From the NCBI RefSeq assembly GCF_002113885.1, contig NW_018408365.1, forward strand, positions 13,782-77,781: DNA of 64,000 bases, written 5' to 3'. The notes beneath the pieces are model-generated. The model ran no database searches and was not told the DNA's origin. It saw only the letters and a program-made list of their open reading frames with translations. Made by a program: the position numbers and the translations under genes. Of this stretch, positions 1 to 13,759 are shown piece by piece; the first letter of the stretch is position 1, and every line of letters begins with the position of its first letter. Source of the DNA: Mizuhopecten yessoensis (taxonomy: Eukaryota).

Positions 1-880
1 CTACAGTCTCGTCCTGACACGGTTATGTACCCGTCACATTGATACGTCGCTATCTAATACTGCAGTCTCGTCCTTACACGATTATATAACCGTCACATTG
101 ATAACTCGCTATCAAATATTACAATTTCGTCCTTACACGGTTATATAGCCGTCACATTGATACCTCACTAACAAATACTACAGTCTCGTCATTACACGGC
201 TATATAAACGTCACATAGATACCTCACAAACAAATACTACAGTCTCGTCCTTACACGATTATGTAACCGTCACATTGATAACTCGCTATCAAATATTACA
301 ATTTCGTCCTTACACGGTTATATAACCGTCACATTGATACCTCACTAACAAATACTACAGTCTCGTCCTTACACGGTTATATAACCGTCACATAGATACC
401 TCACTAACAAATACTATAGTCTCGTCCTTACACGGTTATGTAACCGTCACATTGGTACCTCGCTAACAAATACTACAGTCTCGTCCTTACACGGTTATAT
501 AACCGTCACATAGATACCTCACTATCAAATACTACAGTCTTGTCCTTACACGGTCATACAACCGCCACATTGATACCTCAGTAACAAATACAACAGGCTC
601 TCCCTTACACGGTTATATAACCGTCACATTGATAGCACACTAACAAAAACTAAAGCATCGTCCTACCACGGTTATTTAACCGTCACATTGATACCTCGCT
701 ATCTAATACTACAGTCTCGTCCTTACACGGTTATATAACCGTCACATATCATACCTCGCTACCAAATACTACAGTCTCGTTTTTACACGATTACATAACT
801 GTCACATTGATAACTCGATATCAAATACAACAGTCTCGTCCTTACACGGCTATATAACCGTCACATTGATATCTCACTAT
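1..880. repeat. 59-bp minisatellite, ~15 copies, running off the left edge
   Basis: Unit ctacagtctcgtccttacacggttatataaccgtcacattgatacctcactaacaaata recurs every 59 bp. It contains the perfect 16-bp palindrome acggttatataaccgt. Confidence 0.97.
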
Positions 881-2019
881 TAAACAATCGATATTTTACT
901 TTAACAAAAATAATAATGAAGTGGGTAATCTACTTGCATGTGCGACGTACAATTTGAGTTGAAAAGAAGGGTTTCTATAAGCTACCCCCTCCCTCCTCCA
1001 TAATCCAAGAGACGTCACGGTGGTAGCACTAAACCTTATCTCTACCAAGCCAACAAACCAAGCTAGGCTTCTCCGATGAAAATTGACGCTTACTTAAGTT
1101 TCAAATATATCTTGTGTTATCAAAGAGGCTTTGGTTGCGATGTTCATTTGTAAACTTCACACCTATATGTCTGACTAGCGAGGGTTGTGGGTCTTCTTGC
1201 GATACGGTATCAGTGGAGTTTTCGGCGTACTTCCCTCCCGAGCCGGCTTACACTTCCCGCCGGGAGAGGCAGGTGTCCTAGCATCAGGAAACGACCAAAG
1301 GTGGGCATTACGACCGACCCGGAAACGCATGTAAACAAGTCCCCAGCAAGCAACGAGAGGAAATCATCACAGCGCTCAGCTTGTTTTCTCTTATTTTGGT
1401 ACGATATATTGAAATTGTGTCGACTAACTGAAAAAAAAACACCGCTTAAATAAATCCAGTTCAAATTGTATCTGTTGTCTTCCGATATATATTCACCACA
1501 CTTTAAACGATTAAGAGTATGTCCTACAAAATCTACTTTCTAAATGTTATTGCACAAATTGACGGAAAGATTTTATATATCATGCATGGAATGTATACTG
1601 CGAAGAGTTTAAAATTACAGCCACGAATTTATAACCGATGATACACACTGAGACTCCTGCTGCGGTGCGCTACGTCTACAACCGTGGACACACTATCCCA
1701 CCAGGCTCATCTCCGAACATGTAATTTAAGCAGATCATAGATTCTGTTGAAACTAAGTTTAGGATAAAATCCTTAATTCTTAACTTGATGCCGACATGTA
1801 CTGGGTGGTCGACACCTCAGTCACAGCACGTGTATCAGACGTGTAGCAGCACAAACACACGCACTCTCTGGCTGCACGTGCTACATTTTCCAGACAGATG
1901 CAATATTTATAAAAAAATCTTTCAAAACAGAAAGCTTCAATTTTGATTATCAATAAAAAAAACAATCTGCAGAAACATGCAGCAGTCAATAAGCTAGTGC
2001 ACCGTTCAAGTGTAACAAA

Positions 2020-5000
2020 TGTGTACTAAAACCCAAAGTGTATTAATCTGTACTAAAACTCAAAGTGTAACAAATCTGTACTAAAACTCAAAGTGTAACA
2101 AATCTGTACTAAAACTCAAAGTGTAACAAATCTGTACTAAAACCAGGAGGTGTTACCTGTGTACTAAAACCATGAGGTGTTACCTGTGTACCTAAACTAC
2201 TTGGTGTTACCTGTGTACTAAAACCAGGAGGTGAAATCTGTATACCTAAAATACTTGGTGTTACCTGTGTACTAAAACCAGGAAGTGAAACCTGTGAACC
2301 TAAACTACTAAGTCTTACCTGTGTACTAAAACCAGGAGGTGAAACCTGTGTACCTAAACCACAAGATGTTACCTGTGTACTAAAACCAGGAGGTGAAACA
2401 TGTGTACCTAAACTACTTGGTGTTACCTGTGTACTAAAACCAGGAGGTGACACCTGTGTACCTAAACTACTTTGTGTTACCTGTGTACCTACACTACTAG
2501 GTGTTACCTGTGTACCTAAACTACTTGGTGTTACCTGTGTACTAAAAACAAGGAGGTGAAACATGTGTACCTAAATTACTTGGTGTTACCTGTGTACTAA
2601 AACCAGGAGGTGAAACCTGTGTACCTAAACTACTTGGTGTTACCTGTGTACTAAAATCAGGAGGTGAAACCTGTGTACCTAAACTACTTAGTGTAACCTG
2701 TGTACTAAAACCAGGAGGTGAAACCTGTGTACCTAAAAAAACTAGGTGTTACCTGTGTACCTTAACTATTTGGTGTTACCTGTGTACTAAAACCAGGAGG
2801 TGAAACCTGTGTACTAAAACCAGGAGATGAAACCTGTGTACCTAAACTACTAGGTGTTACCTGTGTACCTTAACTACTTGGTGTTACCTGTGTACCTAAA
2901 CTATTTAGTATTACCTGTGTACCTAAACTACTTGGTGTTACCTGTGTACCTTAACTACTTGGTGTTACCTGTGTACCTCAACTACTTGGTGTTACCTGTG
3001 TACTAAAACCAGGAGGTGAAACATGTGTATTAAAACCAGGAGGTGAAACCTGTGTAACTAAACTACTTGGTGTTACCTGTGTACCTAAACTACTAGGTGT
3101 TACCTGTGGACCTCAACTACTTGGTGTTACCTGTGTACCTAAACTACTTGGTGTTACCTGTGTACTAAAACCAGGTGGTGAAACCTGTGTACTAAAACCA
3201 GGAGGTGAAACCTGTATACCTAAACTACTTGGTGTTACCTGTGTACTAAAACCAGGAGGTGAAACCTGTGTACTAAAACTACAAGGTGTTACCTGTGTAC
3301 CAAAACCAGGAGGTGAAACCTGTGTACCTAAAATACTTGGTGTTACCTGTGTACTAAAACCAGGAGGTGAAACCTGTGTACCGAAACTACTTTGTGTTAC
3401 CTGTGTACCTACACTACTAGGTGTTATCTGTGTACCTAAACTACTAGGTGTTACCTGTACTTGGTGTTACCTGTGTACTAAAACCAGGATGTGAAACCTG
3501 TGTACCTAAACTACTTAGTGTAACCTGTGTACTAAAACCAGGAGGTGAAACCTGTGTACCTAAACTACTTTGTGTTACCTGTGTACCTACACTACTAGGT
3601 GTTATCTGTGTACCTAAACTACTTGGTGTTACCTGTGTACCTAAACTACTTGGTGTTACCTGTGTACTAAAACAAGGAGGTGAAACATGTGTACGTATAT
3701 TACTTGGTGTTACCTGTGTACTAAAACCAGGATGTGAAACCTGTGTACCTAAACTACTTAGTGTTACCTGTGTACTAAAATCAGGAGGTGAAACCTGTGT
3801 ACCTATATTACTTGGTGTTACCTGTGTACTCAAACCAGGATGTGAAACCTGTGTACCTAAACTACCTAGTGTTACCTGTGTACTAAAATCAGGTGGTGAA
3901 ACCTGTGTACTAAAACCCGGAGGTGAAACCTGTGTACCTAAACTACTAGGTGTTACCTGTGTACCTTAACTACTTGGTGTTACATGTGTACCTAAACTAT
4001 TTAGTATTACCTGTGTACCTCAACTACTTCGTGTTACCTGTGTACCTTAACTACTTGGTGTTACCAGTGTACCTCAACTACTTGGTGTTACCTGTGTACT
4101 AAAACCAGAAGGTGAAACCTGTGTATTAAAACCAGGAGGTGAAACCTGTGTACCTAAACTACTTGGTGTTAGCTGTGTACCTAAACTACTTGGTGTTACC
4201 TGTGTACTAAAACAAGGAGGTGAAACATGTGTACCTAAATTACTTGGTGTTACCTGTGTACTAAAACCAGGAGGTGAAACCTGTGTAACTAAACTACTTA
4301 GTGTTACCTGTGTACTAAAATCAGGAGGTGAAAACTGTGTACCTAAACTACTTAGTGTAACCTGTGTACTAAAACCAGGAGGTGAAACCTTGGTACCTAA
4401 ACTTCTTGGTGTTACCTTTGTGCTAAGACCAAGGGGTGTTACCTGTGTACCTAAACTACTAGGTGTTACCTGTGTCCCTCAACTACTTGGTGTTACCTGT
4501 GTACTAAAACAAGGAGGGGAAACATGTGTACCTAAATTACTTGGTGTTACCTGTGTACTAAAACCAGGAGGCGAAACCTTGGTACCTAAACTTCTTGGTG
4601 TTACCTTTGTGCTAAGACCAAGAGGTGAAACTTGTGTACCTAAACTACTTGGTGTTACCTGTGTACTAAAACAAGGAGGTGAAACATGTGTACCTAACTT
4701 ACTTGTTGTTACCTGTGTACTAAAACCAGGAGGTGAAACCTGTATACCTAAACTACTTGGTGTTACCTGTGTACTAAAACCAGGAGGCGAAACCTTGGTA
4801 CCTAAACTTCTTGGTGTTACCTTTGTGCTAAGACCAAGGGGTGTTACCTGTGTACCTAAACTACTAGGTGTTCCCTGTGTAAATAAACTACTTGGTGTTA
4901 CCTGTGTACATAAACTACTAGGTGTTACCCGTTGTACTAAAACAAGGAGGTGAAACATGTGTACCTAAATTACTTGGTGTTACCTGTGTACTAAAACCAG

Positions 5001-8000
5001 GAGGTGAAACCTTGGTACCTAAACTTCTTGGTGTTACCTTTGTGCTAAGACCAAGAGGTGTTACCTGTGTACCTAAACTACTAGGTGTTTCCTGTGTAAA
5101 TAAACTACTTGGTGTTACCTGTGTACATAAACTACTAGGTGTTACCCGTAAACCTAAACTACTAGGTGTTACCTATGTACCTAAACTACTAGGTGTTACC
5201 TGTGTACTAAAACCAGGAGGTGAAACCTGTGAGCACTAGGTGTTACCTGTGTACCTTAACCACTAGGTGTTACCCGTGTAAAACTACTTGGTGTTACCAC
5301 CTGTGTACCTTAACCACTAGGTGTTACCCGTGTACATAAGCTACTAGGTGTTACCTGTGTACCTAAACTACTAGGTGTTACCTGTGTACCTAAACTACTA
5401 GGTGTTACCTGTGTACTAAAACCAGAAGGTGAAACCTTGGTACCTAAACTACTTGGTGTTACCTGTGTACTAAAACCAGGAGGTGAAACCTGTGTACCTA
5501 AACTACTAGGTGTTACCTGTGTACCTAAAATACTTGGTGTTACCTGTGTACCTAAACTACCAGGTGTTACCCGCGTACATAAACAACCAGGTGTTACCCG
5601 CGTACATAAACTACCAGGTGTTACCCGTGTACATAAACTACTAGGTGTTACTTGTGTACCTAAACTACTAGGTGTTACCTGTGTACCTTAACTACTAGGT
5701 GTTACCTGTGTACCTAAACTACCAGGTGTTACCAGTGTACATAAACTACTAGGTGTTAACCGCGTACCTAAACTACTAGGTGTAACCTGTGTACCTAAAC
5801 TACTAGGTGTTACCTGTCTACAAAAAGCAGGAGGTGAAACCTGTGTACCTAAACTTCTTGGTGTTACCTGTATACTAAAACCAGGAGGTGAAACCTGTGT
5901 ACCTAACCTACTTGGTGTTACCTGTGTGCTAAAACCAGAAGGTGAAACCTTGGTACCTAAACTACTTGGTGTTACCTGTGTACTAAAACCAGGAGGTGAA
6001 ACCTTGGTACCTAAACTACTAGGTGTTACCTGTGTACCTAAACTACTAGGTGTTACCTGTGTACCTAACCTACTAGGTGTTACCTGTGTACCTAAACTAC
6101 TAGGTGCTACCTGTCTACTAAAACCAGGAGGTGAAACCTGTGTACCTAAACTACTTGGTGTTACCTGTATACTAAAACCAGGAGGTGAAACCTGTGTACC
6201 TAACCTACTTGGTGTTACCTGTGTACTAAAACCAGAAGGTGAAACCTTGGTACCTAAACTACTTGGTGTTACCTGTGTACTAAAACCAAGAGATGAAACT
6301 TCTGTACCTTAACTACTTGGTGTTACCTGCGTACTTAAACTACTAGGTGTTACTTGTGTACATAAGCTACTTTGTGTTACCTGTGTACCTAAACTACTAG
6401 GTGTTACCTGTGTACCTAAACTACTAGGTGTTACCTGTGTACCTAAACAACTTGGTTTTACCTGTGTACCTAAACTACAAGGTGTTACCTGTGTACCTAA
6501 ACTACTTGGTGTTACCTGTGTACCTAAACTACTAGGTGTTACCTGTGTACCTAAACTACTTGGTTTTACCTATGTACCTAAACTACTTGGTTTTACCTGT
6601 GTACCTAATCTACTTGGTGTTACCTGTGTACTAAAACCAAGAGATGAAACTTGTGTACCTTAACTACTTGGTGTTACCAGTGTACCTCAACTACTTGGTG
6701 TTACCTGTGTACTAAAACCAGAAGGTGAAACCTTGGTACCTAAACTACTTGGTGTTACCTGTGTACCTAAACTACTAGGTGTTACCTGTGTACCTAAACT
6801 ACTTGGTTTTACCTATGTACCTAAACTACTTGGTTTTACCTGTGTACCTAAGCTACTAGGTGTTACCTGTGTACCTAAACTACTTGGTGTTACCTGTGTA
6901 CCTAAACAACTAGGTGTTACCTGTGTACCTAAACTACTAGGTGTTACCGTGTACATATACTACAAGGTGTTACCTGTGTACATAAACTACTTGGTGTTGT
7001 CTGCGTACCTAAACTACTTGGTGTTACCTAAGTACTGAAACCAGGAGGTGAAACATGTGTACCTAAACTACTTGGTGTTACCTGTGTGCCTAAACCACAA
7101 GGTGTTACCTGTGTACCTAAACTACTAGGTGTTACCTGTGTACCTAAACTACTAGGTGTTCCCTGTGTACCTAAACTACTTGGTGTTACCTGTGTACTAA
7201 AATCAGGAGGTGAAACCTGTGTTCCTAAACTACTGAGTGTTACCTGTGTACTAAAACCAGGAGGTGAAACCTGTGTACCTAAACTACTAGGTGTTACCTG
7301 TGTACCTAAACTACTTGGTGTTACCTGTGTACCTAAACTACCTAGTATTACCTGTGTACCTAAACTACTTGGTTTTACCTGTGTACCTAAACTACTTGGT
7401 GTTACCTGTGTACCTAAACTACTTGGTGTTACCTGTGTACCTAAACTACTCGATGTTACCTGTGTACTAAAACCAGGTGGTGAAACCTGTGTACTAAAAT
7501 CAGGAGGTGAAACCTGTGTACTAAAACCAGGAGGTGAAACCTGTGAGCTAAACCCAGGAGGTGAAACATGTGTAATAAAACTACTAGGTGTTACCTGTGA
7601 ACTAAAACCAGGAGGTGAAACCTGTGTACCTAAACTACTTGGTGTTACCTGTGTACTAAAACCAGGAGGTGAAACTTGTGTACCTAAACTACTTGGTGTT
7701 ACCTGTGTGCTAAAACCAGGAGGTGAAACCTTGGTACCTAAACTACTTGGTGTTACCTGTGTACTAAAACCAAGAGGTGAAACTTGTGTACCTAAACTAC
7801 TTGGTGTTACCTGTGTTCCTAAACTACTAGGTGTTACCTGTGTACATAAGCTACTAGGTGTTACCACCAGGTGTTACCCGTGTACATAAACTACTAGGTG
7901 TTACCTGGGTACCTAAACTACTAGGTGTTTCCTGTGTACCTAAACTACTAGGTGTTACCTGGGTACCTAAACTACTAGGTGTTCCCTGTCTACTAAAACC

Positions 8001-9400
8001 AGGAGGTGAAACTTGTGTACCTAAACTACTTGGTGTTTCCTGTGTACCTAAACTACTAGGTGTTCCCTGTCTACTAAAACCAGGAGGTGAAACCTGTGTA
8101 CCTAAACTACTTGGTGTTACTTGTGTATTAAAACCAGGAGGTGAAACCTTGGTACCTAAACTACTTGGTGTTACCTATGTACTAAAACCAAGAGGTAAAA
8201 ATTGTGTACCTAAACTACTTGGTGTTACCTGTGTACCTAAACTAATAGGTGTTACCTGTGTACATAAGCCACTAGGTGTTACCTGTGTACCTAAACTACT
8301 AGGTGTTACCTGTGTGCCTAAACCACAAGGTGTTACCTATGTATCTAAACCACAAGGTGTTAACTGTACCTAAACAACTTGGTGTTACTTGTGTATTAAA
8401 ACCAGGAGGTGAAACCTGTATACCTAAACTACTTGGTTTTACCTATGTACCTAAACCACAAGTTGTAACCTACATGATGTATGTACCTAAAGTACAAGTT
8501 GTAACCTGGGTACCTTAACCACAAGGTGTGACCTGTGTACCTAAAGGAGGTGAAACCTGTGTACTAAAACCATGTACTAAAACCAGGTGGTGAAACCTGT
8601 GTACCTAAAGGAGGTGAAACCTGTGTACCTAATCCACAAGGTGTTACCTGTGTACCTAAACCACAAGGTTTCACATGTGTATATAAACCACAAGTTGTAA
8701 CCTGTGTACCTTAACCACAAGGTGTTACCTGTGTACCTAAACCACAAGGTTTCACATGTGTATATAAACCACAAGTTGTAACCTGGGTACCTTAACCACA
8801 AGGTGTTACCTGTGTACCTAAACCACAAGGTTTCACATGTGTATATAAACCCCAAGTTGTAACCTGTGTCCCTTAACCACAAGGTGTTACCTGTGTACCT
8901 AAACCACAAGGTTTCACATGTGTATATAAACCACAAGTTGTAACCTGTGTACCTAAACCACAAGGTGTTACCTGTGTACCTAAACCACAAGGTATCACAT
9001 GTGTACCTGAACCACAATGTATAACCTGTGTACCTAAACCAAAGGGGAAAACTGTGTACCTAAACTACAATGTGTAACCTGTGAACCTAAACCACAAGTT
9101 GTAGCCTGTGTACCTAAACCACAAGTTGTAACCTGTGTACCTAAACCACAAGGTTTCACTTGTGTACCTGAACCATAAGGTATAACCTGCGTACCTTAAC
9201 CACAAGTTGTAACCTGTGTACCTAAACCACAAGGTTTCACTTGTGTACCTGAACCATAAGGTATAACCTATGTACCTAAACCACAAGTTGTAACCTGTGT
9301 ACCTGAACCACAAAGTATAACTTGTGTACTTAAACCTCAAGTTGTCACCTGTGTACTTGAACTACAATATGTAACATGTGTATCTAAACCACAGGTTGTT
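2020..9400. repeat. 7.4-kb satellite array of 27-bp monomers (~270 copies) with several monomer types and local higher-order repeats
   Basis: Monomer A cctgtgtacctaaactacttggtgtta and monomer B cctgtgtactaaaaccaggaggtgaaa are interspersed. A 28-bp variant lies at 2020-2140 and ccacaag-type variants dominate after ~8300. Confidence 0.98.
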
Positions 9401-9614
9401 GCATGTTGACCTAACTGTCAAGAACATTTGTTATTAGACGGCCGCTTTTTCCATATGCATGTTCTGTAATTTTTTTAACAAATTATTCTCGTACTGCTCT
9501 TATGGTTTGAATTACGAAAAGCAAAGTGAACATTTATGAGGCAATACATTTGATGTATTTTTGTTAATGAGTATTGATACCTTAGGCTTTAAACCATTGC
9601 TTTACCGCATTCAG

Positions 9615-9767
9615 GGCGAGTTAGCGCTATTACTATGCAGAGATGTTGAGGAGTTTCTCAAGGAGTACACGACCATGAATACCAACGTCTCTTCTGAGAA
9701 ACTACCACAACTTGATATGCCGCGAGCGTTCCCTAGAGCGTCGGGAGCGTGTGCAATCTTCAGATGA
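9615..9767 (+). CDS. Candidate terminal coding exon of an unknown gene (GELALLLCRDVEEFLKEY...GACAIFR*)
   Basis: Acceptor-like tttaccgcattcag before 9615, 50 open codons to TGA, AATAAA at 9788-9793 and a T-rich tract downstream. No homology recognised. Confidence 0.2.
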   Translation, partial: GELALLLCRDVEEFLKEYTTMNTNVSSEKLPQLDMPRAFPRASGACAIFR

Positions 9768-10425
9768 ATCGCATTCAAAATTGATAAAATAAAAAAGGAT
9801 ATTTGCGGTCAGGTTTTCTTCTTGTTTATAATGGCCAAGCCAGACCAAACATGTAATTAATTTAACACTTAATCAGAGCAATGGTACATACTGGGATTTT
9901 GCTCAGATTGATTCACAATATAACCGAGTTTTAACTGGACGTACGAATCAGTGCAACGTGCGCATAAGCGGTGGTAGTCATGCCGATTCAATTATCCAGC
10001 ATGCGCTACCTGCAATGTTATCCGTTACGAAAAAGTGTTGGTCTTGGGTAGGCAACATCTGCTTGAGGTAACCGGCACACGGAGCCGACGCGGGAGACAG
10101 CTGGCGCACGGATACCAGAGACTGAAAACGTTCCAACTTGGCCACAACCGTTATCGTTCAAATCGGCGTTAAGTAGATACAATGATTCGATTTCACTGAT
10201 CGGAAGTAATCAGAACACGGCCTGTCAGATACAAGCCAACTCTGACAGTGAAAAAGGCGTAAAAAAACATAGCATTGTGGCTTTTGTTTACCTACATCTG
10301 TTGTAGTTGAAGTTAGGCCATGTTTGGCACTCATACCCAATCGAGAACGTATGGGGAAAGACGGACCATTCTCACAAAGGGTACTTCTATAGCTAGCTCT
10401 CAATAACACAGCGGATAGATCGAGG

Positions 10426-10436
10426 ATGGGCAGAAA
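10426..10436 (+). CDS. Candidate first-exon coding start (MGR.., phase 2) at the end of a CpG-rich segment (9940-10440)
   Basis: gaggATGGGCAGAAA|gtgagt: ATG in good context followed by a consensus donor at 10437. Confidence 0.2.
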
Positions 10437-11162
10437 GTGAGTGTTTTGTAACAGAATTGCCTTACTGTTTCACATCTCTCTTGATTCGACTTTTCTTTTC
10501 GTTGGCGATCGAATGTAATTATCTTCTTCTGTTCTATTTTAATGAATATAATTTGAAAATTTAGTCTCATATTGTCCTTATTGGCAACATACACAAGAGC
10601 AATAACTATGCTTAATACGCAACATCAACACTTGTTTGTATTCAAACTTCCCACGTTTTATAATAGCATGAAATACACGGAGGTTATCTTGTAAAGCCCC
10701 TCTTGTATAAACTAACTATTTGTAACCGCTGGAAGATACCATACAATAAATAGAGTTAAGTGACGTTTAATAAAAATAACATGAGGTGTACAATAAACAT
10801 TACACTTATTACCATGTTTATATATTTTAATTGTAAGGTTTTGTTTTAGAAGCTTACCAAATTGAGGTTTAGTACCGAGGAGTGAGAATCAGAGTAAAGG
10901 TTTCACACCGAAGTTAACCCAATTCGAAATCGGATGATCTCTATTCTCCATTTTAATCTAAAAATGTTGTCTCGTTTATTGGAAAATATTTACACGTTAG
11001 ATATATCTGATACCCATACGTAGCTGAGGGTTTTTCGTCTAAACAGCACTAAGGTGTCCTCTTTGTTTGTGAATTTATCTGAAAAAAATCCGTCCATGAA
11101 GTTTGCCATCCCTGTCCATCGTGGGTTGATATTCAAACTGATCTAACTTAATGAGTAGCCTT

Positions 11163-11410
11163 GGGTTGGTTATCTGGAATGACCTTTCCCGAAATATTGT
11201 CATTATATGGTTTGTCATTTAGTATAACCTTACCCGAAATATTATTATCCTAGGGTTTGTCATTTAGAATGACCTTGCAAGAACAACTGCCATTCGTGAG
11301 TCGTGTGTTTGTTATCAAAATTGGTTTTACCTGAATAACATCCAGCCACGACTTCTCATCTGAAAGCATCTTATCTGAACAATTGCAGCCATGTGTTTGT
11401 TATTCTTGAA
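11163..11410. repeat. Degenerate ~45-bp tandem repeat, 4-5 copies
   Basis: ggtttgtcatttagaatgaccttacccgaaatatt-like units at ~11163, 11209, 11254, then decaying. Confidence 0.7.
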
Positions 11411-11569
11411 TGACTTAACCATGCTGACATGAAGTAAGCAAAACGTATACCAAACCGGTATGAGAGGCCGAGAACGTTTTTATCGCTTCCTTGAGTTGTA
11501 GAATCTTGATTGTGCAAGAATTTTGATATAAAAGGAAAGAGTGTAAACGCATGACCCCGTGTGGAAGCA

Positions 11570-11930
11570 AGGCAAGAGTGGACACGTGATCCAATAAGGA
11601 TAGCGAGGCAAGAATGGACACGTGATCAAATGCGGTAAGCGTGGCAAGCCCTAGTGGACACGTGATCAAATGTAGATAGAGAGACAATAAGAGTGGACAC
11701 GTGATCAAATGTGGATAACGAGGCAAGAAATAGTGGACACGTGATCAAATGTGGATAGCGAGGAAAGAAATAGTGGAAACGTGATCAAATGTGGAAAACG
11801 AGGCAAGAAATAGTGGACACGTGATCAAATGTGGATAGCGAGGCATGAAATAGTGGACACGTGATCAAATGTGGATAGCGAGGCAAGAACTAGTGACCGG
11901 CATGTGATACAATGTGGTGGCGAGGCACGC
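11570..11930. repeat. ~40-bp minisatellite, ~9 copies, most with a CACGTG E-box
   Basis: Unit agtggacacgtgatcaaatgtggatagcgaggcaagaaat; 7 intact CACGTG counted. Confidence 0.95.
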
Positions 11931-13589
11931 TATCAATTTCTTTCCAATATGTCCCGTCGTCATATGACTATAAAGTTGTAACGAGGACTTTAATCACCAA
12001 ACAAGTAATAAAATGCCCAATGGTACTGTACTTTACTTATTCCTTGTAGAACTTCAAATTTAGAACGCTCGACCCCTGCCGCTGATTTATGGAGTAGATA
12101 GTGGGTTTATTTTGGCACAAGCCGTGCTGTAACGTGCACGGGAGCTCGCACTGGAACATAATTCTGACATAACCACCGACTAAATGACTATCAGTGCAGT
12201 TTTACTTTACCTGACTGGCTGTTAGCCCGTTTACCTAGGGTATGCATTTGGGGTCAAATCTGATCAACATGCTTTACAATTCTAATAGTTTACACAAGCG
12301 CTAAACGCCACAATTCATCATCCACCCCATACTTTGCTGTTCAGCGGTCATGTTGTTTTCTCAGAAATCAATAGGACAACATAATATCAAAACAAACTGA
12401 TCGCTTTCACAGATAAGGCGATATAGTAACCGTGACGTCACCGTGAGGCGGTGGTCAGGACTCACAGCAGGTCTTGCTTATTAGACGATCCGCGAGGGAT
12501 CGCTGGAATACGTTCCCTTTCCTTTTTTTAGTAATTGAAAATTGATTACATTAGAAATATGGTGATTTTTTTTTATCCTGAACATTGCTGTTATTGTCCT
12601 AGAAATACGTGATCGAGTTGCATATCTTTACGATCATCACTAAGGGACTGAAGGATCTTACACTACTTTCTCAAGTGAAACGGGGGCAACAGGAGCAGTG
12701 TCTGCCCAAATAAAGGACACTTTATTGGTGAAACCTTCACATCTCGCCAAATCAAACCATCGGCATATTTTACGTAACAAAACCCATTAACGTTTTGGAA
12801 TCTTGTTATTCAATATAAAACAAATTATATAATTTGATTATGATTGTATCAGAGATGAGAGGACCATTATCATTATAAACGAGACAGATCCGGGCCCAAA
12901 ACCGGCCGCCGCGCGGGCTCAGCATATTGGTACTGGATATCGGAAACACATTACAAGCGTGTGACGGATGTGTGTTTTGATTGCTATACATCAAACAATT
13001 AGCCTTAAGATTAACTGACAGTAACGTCGATAGGACCTTCTCCTTGTGACGTCACACGACGAGCAAGGGCTAATCACACGTGACGTTGACACTCATTCTA
13101 ATTCTTCCGAATCCGAGTGATTCCTTCCTGATTGGCCGTGCTGTTTTAGGCTATATCGGACCGAGGTAACCTCTACACATCTTGTAAATATCCACTTTTC
13201 CGATATCGGTTTTATTTCTTTTTATGAGAAGTTTTGTTGTGATTACATTTCGACATTATTACATGGAAGTAGATGGAAATAGTTGTAACGTGTTACGATC
13301 TCGTTAAGTTTTATTAAGAAATAAGGTCTTGAATCTGAGATCTGATACATCGTTGCTAAATATAAATCTGGAATTACTCCTGATTTTCATTTAAACCACA
13401 TGTTCCTCAAACAAAAATCATATATCCATTAGCAGCGTAATTTAAAGGTAAAATAAAGAATCCGAGCACATCAGATGGTGAGATTACCAACCATCCTTAA
13501 ACATCCAACCAGTGCGGAATTACCCGACACTAGTACATGTATACACAACAGGAGATCTATCGACTTGTGTTAGTGTAACTGACACAACT

Positions 13590-13745
13590 GGATGGCACCT
13601 TACACAACTGAATATTACCCCCGATAAACTGAATGTTACCCCCGAAAAAACTGAATGTTACCCCCGAAAAAACTGAATGTTACCCCCAACGCAAGTGAAT
13701 ATTGCCCGAAACAACAGAATGTTACCTCCCGATACAACAGAATAT
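13590..13745. repeat. ~22-bp minisatellite
   Basis: actgaatgttacccccgaaaaa and variants, ~6 copies. Confidence 0.9.
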
Positions 13746-13759
13746 TATATAGTTGTTCC

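Noticed and set aside
1-880. CRISPR-like appearance of palindromic repeat arrays, here and elsewhere
   Set aside because: Units are head-to-tail with no unique spacers, there are no cas genes, and the context is eukaryotic.
2109-9340. Many 70-280 aa ORFs on both strands (TCVPKLLGV/TCVLKPGGE; mucin-like TQVTPSSLG)
   Set aside because: They follow from the 27-bp unit being a multiple of 3. The recurrent ccttaa variant creates TAA stops on both strands and indels shift the frame.
10905-10920. 12-nt match to 5S rRNA (caccgaagttaa); similar short matches to U2/U6 elsewhere
   Set aside because: The flanks do not extend the similarity, as expected for chance matches. No conserved miRNA mature sequence was recognised by eye either.
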